A DNA stretch of 64,000 nucleotides, from the NCBI GenBank assembly GCA_030704615.1, contig CM060734.1:19096001-19160000 (forward strand). The letters run 5' to 3'. Made by a program: the position numbers and the translations under genes. Origin of the DNA: Takakia lepidozioides. Lineage: Eukaryota; Plantae; Bryophyta. Positions 23,126 through 35,088 of the stretch are shown piece after piece. Numbering within the stretch: the stretch's first letter is position 1; each line of letters begins with the position of its first letter. The notes beneath the pieces are model-generated. The model did not search any database. It was given only the letters and a program-made list of their open reading frames with translations, and was not told the origin of the DNA.

Positions 23126-24769
23126 GAGCGGCACATGCTTAGGTTGGAAACACCATAGAAGGAGTACAACAAGGGTAGCTTGAGGAGCATTGAGTAGCTC
23201 AAGAGAAGCGAGAGCTCCTATTCTGTCAGTTACCAAGGCAATTCCATCAGTGATGAAGGTCAACGAAGGTCAACAAGAACATTTCAATCTGCCCAACGAA
23301 CCTGCCCGGAAAAAATTAAATTTTAGAGTCTGAAATTGAATATAAGATCACATTCCAAAAAGCGAAAAGTACCTTATACAAGGACAGAAGAGCCACCTTC
23401 GTTCAACTTAGGTCCAACAAATATATATATTTTTCACCAGTATCCTTGGACATTTCCGTAGCATATGATAATCCAAGCTAGAGATTAAAATGGCTCAAAA
23501 ACATGCAGAATTCTTCCACGTTAGAATTCCATATCTCATGTTTTTTTTGTTTTTTTTTTCGACATCCATTTATTTCGTTTTTACCTTTATGTTCTCCCGC
23601 TCAGCCTCCACCTTCGGCAGCCAAAGGTGGCGTGTCAGTACAATCCCCTGTCATTTTTCATTATTGTTTCTCACAAATCCAAGCATACAATTACGGGCAA
23701 CCCGAGAATATTGCCACGTGGCCGCCGTTTCCGCATCCACGTCACACTGATGGCTGATGACTGATGGCTGATAGCTGATAGAATAGCAAATCCCAAGAGA
23801 AGCTAAGAAGTGGTTGTTCTATCCATGGTGAAATGAAGCCAAATGGGGTTAGGTTGACAAACAAGCAAGCGAAGGTGGTGCTAGAAGGGAGTGCTTTTGC
23901 TAATTCTATGAGTTCTTCGATTGCTCTTGGTGAAGCAAGTGGCGCATGTGTGGAGCATATTTTCCAAGTGTGGCTTCCAATCCAAGCTTGAGGAGAGCTA
24001 GAAGGTGAAGTGAGCAAGTTCATTCCTTGTGTATGAGGTGGTGCATGTTGTGGAAGAAAAGCCAAGGAGCTACATAGGCTAGGGCTTGAAGACAAAAACA
24101 ACCATTTGGAGAGCATCAAGAAGCTCAAGATGACTCCAAAGGGAAGCATGTGGGTGAGAATTCTATCCATGATGATGTGAAACCAAGCTTAGAGTATTGA
24201 AGAGCTTGGAGCACATGTGGGAGATCATTGGAGGTGGTTTTCATGAAGAAAGGAGATTGTGGCTCAAGGCATGCATAGCAACTTCAACCATACATTAGCA
24301 TGTGACAAGACAAGGAAGGGGAAGGTGAAGCTCATGTATTCATTCCCTTTTTGCTTAAGTTTTGTGGTGGATGGTTGATCGAGCAAGTGATGCTTATGTG
24401 GAGCATGCTCTTTAGGGCTTGTGACTTCAAGTTTGAGAAGATGAGCTCTTGAATAGAGGTGTGGATACACATTATGGTGAATGACCACACCTAGGTCTAG
24501 AGGTGGAAGTGTGTGTGACTAGCCCATGCAAGGGAAAGCACATGGAAGATGGCATACAAAATTCAAATTGAAGCAAGGCTTGGCGCTTGTCATTGGGCAC
24601 ATTAGCTTGCTATGAGTTCCAAGGAGATCAAGAGAAACTTGTCAATTTGTGATGAATGCATTGCAAGGTAAGACAATGCAATCTTGCATGCATGTTAGGG
24701 GGGAAGATACCATGAAGAAGGTGTTTCTTACTATACTCTACAAACCCTAGTCTCCATATCCTTCAAGAA

Positions 24770-24945
24770 ACTGAGTATGGGCTCCCTCTGCCCAACATAC
24801 ACTTTTAAGAACAAGGTATGGGCCCCCTCTGCCCAACATACACTTTTGTGAACAGAGTATGGGCCCCCTCTGCCCAACATACATTTTGTGAACAGTGTAT
24901 GGGCTCCCTCTGCCCCACCATACTCTTTTGTGAACAGTGTATGGA
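24770..24945. repeat. ~41-bp tandem repeat x4 (GTATGGGCYCCCTCTGCCCAACATACACTTTTGTGAACA)
   Basis: Units start at ~24775, 24816, 24857 and 24897. It is followed by TTTGGAGG-rich low-complexity sequence at 25010-25400. Confidence 0.8.
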
Positions 24946-26007
24946 TACAAGTGGAGAGACTTTGCCTGCCATACGTTTTCATTAAAAGAGTATGACATTT
25001 AGGGTGTATCTGGAGGAGTATTGCCTTTGGAGGATCTTTGGGAGGTCCTTTGAGGAGCTTTTGTAAGACACTTGAAGAGCTCTTGAAGGGGTGTTTGGAG
25101 GACTGTTTGGAGGACTATTGGGGGTCCTTGAAGACCAATATTTGGCAAATCTTTGGAGCCTTTGGAGGGCTATTTGGAGGACTATTTGGGGTCCTTGGAG
25201 GCCAATATTTGGAGAGCTTAAGGAGTCTTTGGCGACTTGTTTGAAGGACTATTTGGGGTCCTTGAGGGCCAAGATTTGGCAGGCTCTTGGGGCCTTGGTT
25301 GACTATTTGGAGTCCAATTATACAAGCTCTGGGAGCCTTAGTGAGATTGTTTGAGAGACATCTTGAGGGCTCTTGGAGAGTTATTTGAGAGATCCTAGAA
25401 GGTAGTCATGTCTGATGGTCATGAGCAAGAGCGTTTAGAGATAGGGGGAGACTAGTGGGATGAGAGCATTCTGGGATTAGGAATTGCTTTAGTCTCTCTT
25501 CCCCGTAGTCTTCCACCCTCTCTGTAGGCCAAAACCTTTCCGTAGGTGGAGGCAAGAGTTAGTCCGGGTGTGGGCTGGGGTGTCTTGCAGGAGTGACAAT
25601 GTGGAGTGTTTTTTTTGGTGTGAGGGAGTTACTGTCTCAATTTTCTTGTGTTTGGATCCCCCCCACACCTGCATGCTTGACTGTGCGCCATGTCAGTTTT
25701 GTGTGGGCGCTTGTTTTCATAGGAGGTTGGTCCGGATTTGATCACCGGCCAATCCTAGAGCGTGCTGTCGGTGGTGAGGCTGGGGTGATGACCAGTCAGA
25801 CCATCATTGTTTCTTTTATGGTGAGGCTGGGTTGATGACCAGCAGACCATAGGAGTGCTTGCGGTGGATGCAGGTGCAGGTGCAGATTTATGTTACGAAC
25901 CTAGTACTAGTCTAAGCCATAGGCCGCAACAGGTTCTCTACCCAGTTACCTTGTGGACAGGGGGATTAGAAACAGGTTTACAACAGGTGTGGTTGTGAGT
26001 TTTCATC

Positions 26008-28486
26008 ACGGAGGTGCCACCAGTTGCTGAGGGGAGTGCCAGTGCGAGCACCAGCGATACTAGTGGGTACATAAGACGAGGTGTGCGGTTTAGGCCACCT
26101 TCACCTCCGGTGTCTTCTGAGGAAGGTTCAAACTCGGAGTCAGGAGGATTCCCGCCGAGGGTGCAAGCCATTTCTGTACCATTGTTGTGGGACACGATGG
26201 AGGAGATGTATAGAGGTACCAAGGGGCCACGTAGGTACTCTGGAGCTGTGGGCACCATCGAGCTTGATGACTTCATACAGGAGTTTGACAGTTGGTGTGA
26301 TTTGCAGCAAATGCGCAATCCACAACTGTTTACGCCTTTTATGGCGTGGAAGGGGCTATTCCAGCACCTTGAAGGGCCGCCCATGGATGACTACCATGAA
26401 TTTAGGCGGGGAAATGAGGTGGAGATTGAGGAGTGGCGACAATATTGGTCACCTGACTATGTCTCCATCACTAGAGGCACAGCAGCAAGATCCACGGCAA
26501 CAACGGCAGCAGCTTCAACAAGCAGCAGTGGAACAAGTGAGTCAGGATCAGCTAGGACATCCACTGCAGCTCCTGCCGTTGCACCAATACCCGTGCCTGC
26601 CTTCAACCCGATTGTGGAGTTCTTCCAATAGTTGAGAAGGAACTACCAGAGGGTGAGAACAGAGAAGTTGCGGAGCTTGCAAGAGTTCCAGCGAAAGCCT
26701 ACTGAGAGTTTGAGGGAGGCTTACACTCGCATGAGGCGCTTGATAAATGTAACCCAAGGGTTACGGAAGCTCAAGCAGTTCAATTCTGGTATGGCATATT
26801 GGACAAGGAGCTGAGGAGAAGGGTGCGGGATGCAACTCTCCTACAAGTGGCCCAACCTACCCTAGCAAATGTGTTTTTGCTAGCCGAGCGGATAGAGCTC
26901 AACATGGTGGAGGAGTGGGTGGTTATGGTGGGGTTTGGCAAGGAGACACAACGAAGTGGGGCTTCTAGCCAACAACAACCAACTCCCCAACGTGCTCAAG
27001 GCAACAAGGGGCCTCAGACGAAGCCCAGGGAAGGTCATGAGAGAGGATCTCAGATGCAAAGGTCTCTTCCTTCATTCTCAGGCCAACAACAGATGAGTGT
27101 GTCATGTTGGGATTGTGGAGGACCTCATGTCAAGAAAGATTTCCCGGAGAGAGGCAAATGGCCAACATAGGCACAGCCTACACAATTACAGTGGGGGCAT
27201 TGTGGCAAGTACGGGCATGAGGAGGCCCATTGTTATGACCTGCATCCTGAGCTACGACCAAACCAGTTCCAAGGGAACAATGGTGGCCGAGGACGAGGCG
27301 ATGTAGCCCAGAGAGGTAGAGGAGGCAGAGGTTGTGGTGGAGGTTGTAACCAACACCAAGGAGCACAGGGTCAGGTCAAGGTCATGACCAAGGCATGGTG
27401 GATAGACTTGCCCAGCTAGAGCAACGTCTTGCTACCACTACTCGTGTTGCGCCAGCTCCAAGGCCTGAGGTTCAAGCTCCACCTGCACAACCTCCTATGC
27501 CTAGGGAAGACCAGATTGGTATGGGCTTCATGTGTGGAGCCGCACTTGCAGGACCATTGCATATGGACTCTGTTGCTGCTGTCACTCGAGTAGCAACTCG
27601 TGCTCCTGAGCCAAGGTGAGCGGATGTGGATTTTGATCCACAGAGAGGGGAAGCAAGTCGACAGACAAGGCTTCCCCAGTCTTTCACATTGGTTGAGACA
27701 GTGCCAACCACACCATCGATGGTGCCGGCTTGTCCAAGTGTTTGTCAGAGGTAGAGCATGCAAGAGTGCCAATGGGGAGAGTTGGCATGGCTCGGGGGAT
27801 GCCAGTGGATGATACTGGAAAACAAGGTGTAGCCAGTACATTGTTGGGGGTGTTACGGCGGTTTGCCAAGCTCCATTGTTTTCTGCAATGACCATTGCAA
27901 TATCGGGGATTCGGCCAGCTGCTGTGTTCAGACTCCAGGGTACCAAAAGGCCTTGCCAGCAGACATTACCTTGCTGGGGGCGGATGATTTGGACCGGCAT
28001 GGTGCCATTGACTTGGTGATAGCCAAATGGCCTTGCCAAGGACATTCTTCCGCAGGTCATGGTAATGGTTTGCATGATGCACGATCGCATTTGTTTTGGG
28101 AGATGTTGCGAGTGTTGCGTGACTTGTGCAACCTCCAGCTTACATCCTGGAGAATGTTCCTCCATGGGGGATTCTCGGGCCAGGGTTATGGCTAGTGTGC
28201 ATCAGATCTGGTCATGGATTGGACTAGCTGTATCATTGGATGCAGCTGCAGTGGGTTCACGGGCACATAGGCCTAGGTTGTGGTGGACCAATCTTGCACC
28301 ACCAGTGTTGCTCAAGACAGCCTATGATTCCATTCGACGGCCACCCAACCTCACGGTTGAGGGCATTTTGGACCAAGGGAGGCAACCACAGAGAGTGCGA
28401 CATGATGATCGTCCACCTTTGGCGGTGGTCAATCGAGTGGGGCAACCACGTGTGGCCTTGCCTACACTCATGAGTTTTCCCTCGTC
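26008..28486 (+). mobile_element. LTR-retrotransposon fragment: gag (two Zn knuckles) followed by a cytosine-5 DNA methyltransferase domain; degenerate
   Basis: gag-like RYSGAVGTIELDDFIQEFDSWC..LQEFQRKPTESLREAYTRMRRL, CWDCGGPH and GHCGKYGHEEAHC. DNMT motifs follow in the same orientation. Confidence 0.75.
27935..28486 (+). pseudogene. C5 cytosine DNA methyltransferase catalytic domain (motifs IV, VI, VIII), TE-borne
   Basis: IDLVIAKWPCQGHSSAG..GLHDARSHLFWEMLRVL (PCQ at 28031-28039), PAYILENV (ENV at 28150-28158, in a different frame) and LDAAAVGSRAHRPRLWWTNL (~28235-28295). Motif I is missing and there are two frameshifts. Confidence 0.88.
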
Positions 28487-29574
28487 TCAGGTCGCACAGT
28501 CCATAGGGGCAGTGACAGATGGACACGAGTTAACGTCAGTTAAGTGGCCGGTAAGTGTAAAGACAGTTTGGAAGTCAAACTCGGAGAATGTGCCACACGG
28601 ACAGAGGGAGACAGGAGAGTGTTTGAATTCAAACACGTGGCCTAAGGGGCAAAGCACTCCGCATTGCATGTACTGCAATAACGGGCACCATCACACAAGA
28701 AGACAAATAGGGCCGTCAAAGTACCTACCCAATACGTCAGCCGAAACTTATTATGAGCCCATTAATGCATCAAGATGACAGGTAATGGAACTAGCGGGGT
28801 TTTTCACCAAGAATTGTGTTTGGTTTTGCATATAAGAGACGACGTGAGATTGTTTTATTTCACTAACAAATTGCAAATTGTTATGTGCTTGTGCATACAG
28901 AAAAATAAACGACGGAAATAGGGTGCCGGTCCATATTCATGACTCATTTTGTGCCTATTTCTCCCATGTCTATTTCTCTTCGTGTGGTTTGTGCTCACAT
29001 AAGCACAAGTCTGCACTTGAGCACAAATTGCACATTTATTTTCACTATTGCATCTTTCCAAGAGTATTCTAGGAATTTCTGGTACATCCTCTTTTGCTCT
29101 CGTGAGCCTGCTCACATGCTACCCAACCTCCCCAAGCATGAGTAGAAGAAATCACATGCATAGGTAGGCAGTAGCCACTGACCCTAAAATCCTTTTGCGT
29201 TGGTCCACAGGCCAAATGCTGCGGCCATTGTTAATGCTCTGGGGAGGGCCTCAATTGCAGAACGAGATCCACTGGTCTGGAGACCTCTCCCAATGCCAAG
29301 ATTATCTTCTCTGAGTATTATCTTTCTTTCGCCCCCTGTAACATCTGTGCCAGTGGACAGCATTGGAGTTTCCCGACTTGCTGCCTTGGGAGGCATTTAA
29401 AGAAGGTGCGCACATGCTTCAAGGCAATAACACTTGGCCTCTTCAGGTTGAAAGTTTTTCATCCAAGACTTCCACCAAACAATCTTATCATCCACTCAAA
29501 TGAGGTGCCCTCCAAAGGGGAACCTTTGCCACGTATGCAGTCCTAGTGGTCATTCCAAGATGGAATGTGAATAG

Positions 29575-32097
29575 ATTAGGGTAAAAATGAGAAGTTACCT
29601 AATGAGGCAACGGCCAATCAGCAACATGAATTTTGTGCAAGAGACTCCATTCAAGAAACAAGAACAAGAAACCAAGAAGACTATGAGTGGAAGAATAGGC
29701 GTTATTCCGGATAACCAATGTCTCGACAGGAGGGGCAATCAAAGCTATAGCTTTGTAGCTATGGCGGATATTACGGACTATACACTAGCTCTACTTCTTA
29801 CGCAGTGGCGCAAGGAAGGACAGGTCGAAAGTATTTTTTCTCTCACTCACTATTTGCAAGCCCCACAGGCTTACACCCACTTGCCTGTTCCATTCTGTGC
29901 TAATCACACTTTCATGCTATACGCATTACAAACTTTCCTGCAATTATTCCAAACAAGGCCTTCTTGTTTGTCAGGGATGAAGCGAATTAGAGAGACGGAG
30001 GATCTACGAGTGAAGAGCACGACGATCTTACGGAGGCAAACAATCGCCACACCACAGGCAGTGCAGTTGCTGAAGGAATTGCGGTTAGAGGGATTGTTGC
30101 GCAAAGAGTGGCCTTTGCATCATCGGGAATTGATGATCCAGTTCATCAAGAACTTTGAGCCAAAGACGGGAGTTACCCAGGTGAAGGGCGTAGATATGCA
30201 AGTTACTCCGTAGTACTTGCAACAGCTTTTTGAATTATCATCTGGTAATGTGAGCGTGGATGAGCACATGACAAGATTGCAAGTAGGGGATCTTTTCCAA
30301 GAAACGAGTTTCTTCATGAACCAGGGATTCACTTGCACCAAAGCCGAGTATCCAGGGTTGAGGGAAATTGGCCAGATACTAAACATTCTGTGTGCCATGA
30401 AACAAAACCAATAGTATCTTAGCAGATCTTTTACGGAGGAGGTTCTGAAAGCTTTGAGAGGTGAGGATGTAGCTTGGGCGGAGATGATGCACAGTGGTCT
30501 GGTGGAGGAGATGAAACGATTACAGAATACTACTGCCAAGTCCCCAATTATTGTGTCTGGCCCAATTATTGCACAGATCATCTTTGATTCTTGTTTGCTT
30601 GATGCGCAAGAACGCAAAGTAATGGGGGTGTTTGAGGCAGCCACAACTGCAGTTGAGGAGCAAGGCTCTTCACAAGGTGAAAGAGGATTAGAGAGGCAGC
30701 ACCAGTCCAAGAGACAGAAGAGGGACGCAACTGTAATGGCGGATCCACTGACCACAAGGAACCCTCACGATGATGTTTCCATAGCTTCTGCACAGGATGG
30801 GGTGCAGCAGCACAATGGGCTGTTATTACTGGAAGCACGGCCATTAGAGAGGGAGACAAGAAGTCACTTCAGTACCACGGCCAGCACAGCAAGCTGACCA
30901 AGTTGCCCCAGTGGTAACTCAGACTGGACTTGCTGTTACCCCAGAACCTCTTACTGTGGAGAGAGAGGGATTGGACATCCCCACTACAGAGCAAGTAGTG
31001 GCAGAAATTGAGAAGGGCGACCTTCTCTATGAAAACTCTGGCATGGTCGGAGACCCCATGGTACCAAAGATGCAGAGTCTGCCCAGGGAAATCCCTGCTG
31101 TGCAGGTTATGCCCAAACCTGTGGCGGAGGCTGAAGGGGTAAAGGACAAGGGTACTGCAGCATCTCTGGAAGATGAGGTTGCTCAGGAAGATCTTGTGGG
31201 ATCATGGCCTGATTGGTTTGTGAAACATCAAACTGTAGAGAATCAGGAAGAACAGTAGCAGATTTTCCATGAAGACCCACAGCAAGCCATGCTCATGAGT
31301 TTCATAAGCAAGATTCTCAATCTGTTGGGCACCTATGTCAAGACTCATGTTCCTTCCACTCAATTGGCAGCATTGCGGGAGGAGCTCAAGCAAGAGCTTG
31401 AGGCAAGAATTGCCACTGAGTGTGCAAACAGGGTGGATGTGGAGGCCAACCTCAAGTTGCAGAAAGAGTTGGAGGACACTAAAGTTGCCCTACAACTTGC
31501 GAAGGAAAATTTAATTGAAGCAGGTCTTGAGCAGGAGAAGTTGCATGAAGTGCATAAGCAGCAGCTATACCAGATATAGATTCAGCATGAGGGCAAGTTG
31601 CATGAAGTGAAGTTGCTTCATACAGAATTGGAAGCAGTCCATCAGAAAATGATCATACAGTGTGTCACACTAACGACTAATCTGGAGATGGCTGCACTAG
31701 AAGTCAAGAACCAAGCTAAGAGATGTATAACAGCGGAGACAGAGTCAATGGAGTAGGGGAAACTCATTGTTGACATGAAGGCTACTATCTGTCGCAATGA
31801 GGATACCATTCAGCAGTTCCACCAGGTTGATGCCCAGAAGGACATGTACATCTTTGAATTGCAGCAAACAATCACAGTACGGGAGAATGAACTTTCTGTG
31901 AGTGAAAGGGCCTGAAAAGAAGCCAATAATCTGTCAACTGCCTATGCAGCTCTGGTTGAGCCTCATGCGAAGCGCATGGAGAGTTTACAACAGCACTTGG
32001 AAGCATACCGGCTCAAGGAGGAGCAGGATCTCCGTGGTGTTACACAGGACTTGGTGGATAATCATCTTTTGCAAGAGTGGTTAACACAAGGGCCAAT
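29575..32097 (+). pseudogene. aORF copy C of the gypsy family (more diverged, truncated at both ends)
   Basis: ORFs 29587-30213, 30217-30414, 30454-30897, 30911-31258 and 31289-31579 are collinear with copy A. Many CAG>TAG stops. Confidence 0.8.
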
Positions 32098-32099
32098 TT

Positions 32100-32361
32100 A
32101 GTAGGGGAGCGTGGTTTTTTAGGGGGAGTGTCCCGGAGATAGCGACCAACAAGCCAACTAACTTCAGTGGCGAAGTCTTGTCTCGGGGGCTGTAATTGAT
32201 GGGTGTGGGGACAGTCGTGCTTTTTAATCTCTCCAGCCGGTACCGGCCGGGTTGACGAGGGCCCCTATCCTGCACCAAAGTATGGCCGAGGGGTGCGGAT
32301 ACCACGGCCGGGGGCTCTTTTACCGTTTCCGTGGCATTTAGGTACCCCGGTGGGGATGCTC
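32100..32361. mobile_element. Truncated related Tourist/PIF-type MITE end
   Basis: 32235-32361 resembles 32598-32726 and ends in the same TIR (CCGGTGGGGATGCTC). No left TIR was found. Confidence 0.55.
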
Positions 32362-32392
32362 TCAGCGGGGAGACTACCCGAGGATACCTTTA

Positions 32393-32726
32393 GAGCATCT
32401 CCACCGGGGGTACACTAAACACCACTGCACGGTAACCTCCCGCGGCTTCGAACACTCCCCTCCCCCAGCGGCAACTCCATCAAACTACCCTGCACATGTA
32501 GTTTTTGATGACGTGCCTTGTTGCGGAGGGACCACCTGGCAGACACCGCCTTACCATCACGCCATAAATGCATGCCGGCGTGCTTTTTAGTCGCTCCAGC
32601 AGGTACCGGTCGGGCTGACGAGGGCCGGTATCCTGCACCAAAGTGCGGGCCCCGTGGGTGCGGATACCAGGGCCGGGGGCTCAAGTACCGTTACCTTGGC
32701 ATTTAGGGACACCGGTGGGGATGCTC
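32393..32726. mobile_element. Tourist/PIF-Harbinger-type MITE (334 bp)
   Basis: TIRs GAGCATCTCCACCGG / CCGGTGGGGATGCTC with TTA on both sides (32390-32392, 32727-32729). Confidence 0.85.
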
Positions 32727-35088
32727 TTATAACTTTACTCGGGTGCATGTTCCCCTATGGTTGCACTTGTGAATGAATCTAATATTTAGATTTCTGCTGG
32801 ATGAATGTTAATGTTTGGACTATGAATAGAAGAACAAGATGGACTACAACAGAAAGACTGGTCCCCCCATAGATAAGTGTTGAGGATTGTCTGGCAGGTG
32901 ATGGGAAGAGTACTCGAATGGAATTTGGTGATGATCAGCCTGTGACCATGCACAATCCACTGAAACAGGAATCAAACGTGGACCCAATAAAAGTGACACT
33001 TCATTCACCTTCTTTTCCGTGCCATGATGCTCTCGCAGTTGCAGCTGTGTCGAAGAAGGAGAACTAGCCTGGAGTGTGCTTGCATGTGCATTAAGCTTTG
33101 GCGGACGGCCAGGCAGGCAGCCAGGGTGGTGATCTGGCCGGCTTCACCCGACTTTACACAGTACTTGATTGTCATTCCACCAATTCCCTACCTTTCACAA
33201 CAGATTACACATGCTTCGGTTGCCAATGGGCATCTAATCTGTGGAATATGTTGATGAACCGAAAGTGTTCAAACCGAGTCTGCTTATATATAACTAGCTA
33301 GTAGGGACTGGGAATATTTCTGTAACATTACTTGTTAAAGCTGTGTCTCTGGCGCCTAACTTACTATTCAAGGGACCAGTGTTGTGCTCCAGCTTGTCAT
33401 TCCATTTGCTGCCAGATTATGGCCCACAGTTCCTCATCTCATAGCGTTCATGGGAGGCTGGAGCATGCAGCTTGAGATCGGAGAAACCCATGGTAATCAA
33501 TTATGATTGCTTTATCCGCCGAAAATGCAGCCTCTTTAATACTCACAACTTCATTATAGGTGGATACAGTGGTTCATTCGCTGTCTGAATCGCATCCTGT
33601 GTGACCACTGACGATCATTCGCCCGTTTTAAGTTTGTATGCCCATCTGGCATTTGAAATCCCTGAAAATTTTGAAGGTTTTTGAAAGATCTGCGGAGGAA
33701 GTGGATGATTTTGGATGAGTGCTAGTGAATAGCATGATGGACATTACAGAGCAGCGGATCCAACCATCTGATGATCCGGACTACCAGAGTAACTAGATGC
33801 AAAAAACATGCCTGGGACCCACTCGTCTGCGCAGTGCACGCGTACAGCTTTCAGTTGATTTTACTGGCAACATCCCCGCGCAATGTTGACCGTTGTGCTG
33901 ACCACTTAGTTGCAGGTCAAAATTCGGTCAAAGGAAGCTCCAAATATACTATCATCGTCAACAAGTTTGCGTTCCGAATTTTCTTAGTTGCAACAGATTC
34001 TTGCATTTGGGCTTCTGGATTGGCGTCGGGGCACTGTTCTATCCCACCCGCCATCCGTCTTTCACTCTATAATGCTTGTGCAACCAGCTGGGAAAGCCCT
34101 GCACCCGTGAGATCCACCAGAAACCACTTATTTAGGTCTCAGGTCTCCACCACATTTACTAGCCCTTAATTTCTGTGCTATTTGTTGTGGAGACGGTCTA
34201 GAGTCTCCTCAGGGTTGCTTATTCTGGAGGGGAACCTGCAGCGGATGACGTGGGAACGAGATGGTTCCAGCAGGAATGTTGGTCTCGCAGGGGGGATGGC
34301 GTGCAGCAGCGGTGGTGAGCGGGGCAGCGGCAGGGTGTGCGAGTAAGGCTTGCTGACGGTGCCGCTGCGCAGAGGCGGCCACCTCAGCGACAACACGAGT
34401 GGGCCGAGGCTGTGTGCTGTGCGCTGTGCTTTCTTTGGCATGCCCACTGATGTCGCAATCCATCGGAGGTACTACACTCCACCCTGTCTCTCTCTCTTTT
34501 CCCGGCCCTGTCTGCGCGGCTATGTACATTAAAGAACAATCGCAGTCATTTATTATAATCATGGATGTGATGATGAGGTAGCGGAACAGCCTGCCCTCGG
34601 GATTGTGTGAGTTGTATGAATTCGACAGAAGACGATGAGAGCCACTTATGCTTATCGCAGTTGTGAATGGAAGGAATGGGAGATTGCGTGGTGCTTAGAC
34701 GGGCTCAGGCTGGTGTGAGTCTGGACAGCGCATCGTGCACGGTAGAGTAAGCGCTCTGGGTAGAAGGATGCAGATGTAGTACCATGAATTGCCCGACATC
34801 TGTTTCCGAGAAGCGGGCGTCGTGTGTGGATATATCGATGGTTTCTTTGTCTAATCTCTCTCTTGTTCTTGCGCGTTTGTATAATTTACAATGAGCAGAG
34901 AAGGCAAATTCGGGGGAATTCACCTGTCTGTCACCCTGGTGCTCATTAATTTGTCACAAGTTGGGGTCGAAAGATTCCCACGAGCGAGGAATGCGTAGAT
35001 ATTGCGATCGAGAAATCTTGGCGGGCTGTGATTTGCGAGTACAATTCGATCTTATTACTAACTCCAGTAGGGTGAAGGAGCCTTAGAG

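Noticed and set aside
23130-25440. Possible further LTR-element interior or LTR (purine tract at ~24697, tandem repeats)
   Set aside because: No recognisable protein motifs or paired termini; only the tandem repeat is reported.
25890-25950. Possible LTR end/PBS of the DNMT-carrying element (..GCAACA GGTTCTCTACCC)
   Set aside because: No second LTR to compare with and no clear tRNA complementarity.
28490-29570. Cys-rich short ORFs suggesting a transposase Zn finger or LINE tail
   Set aside because: No consistent motif across frames.
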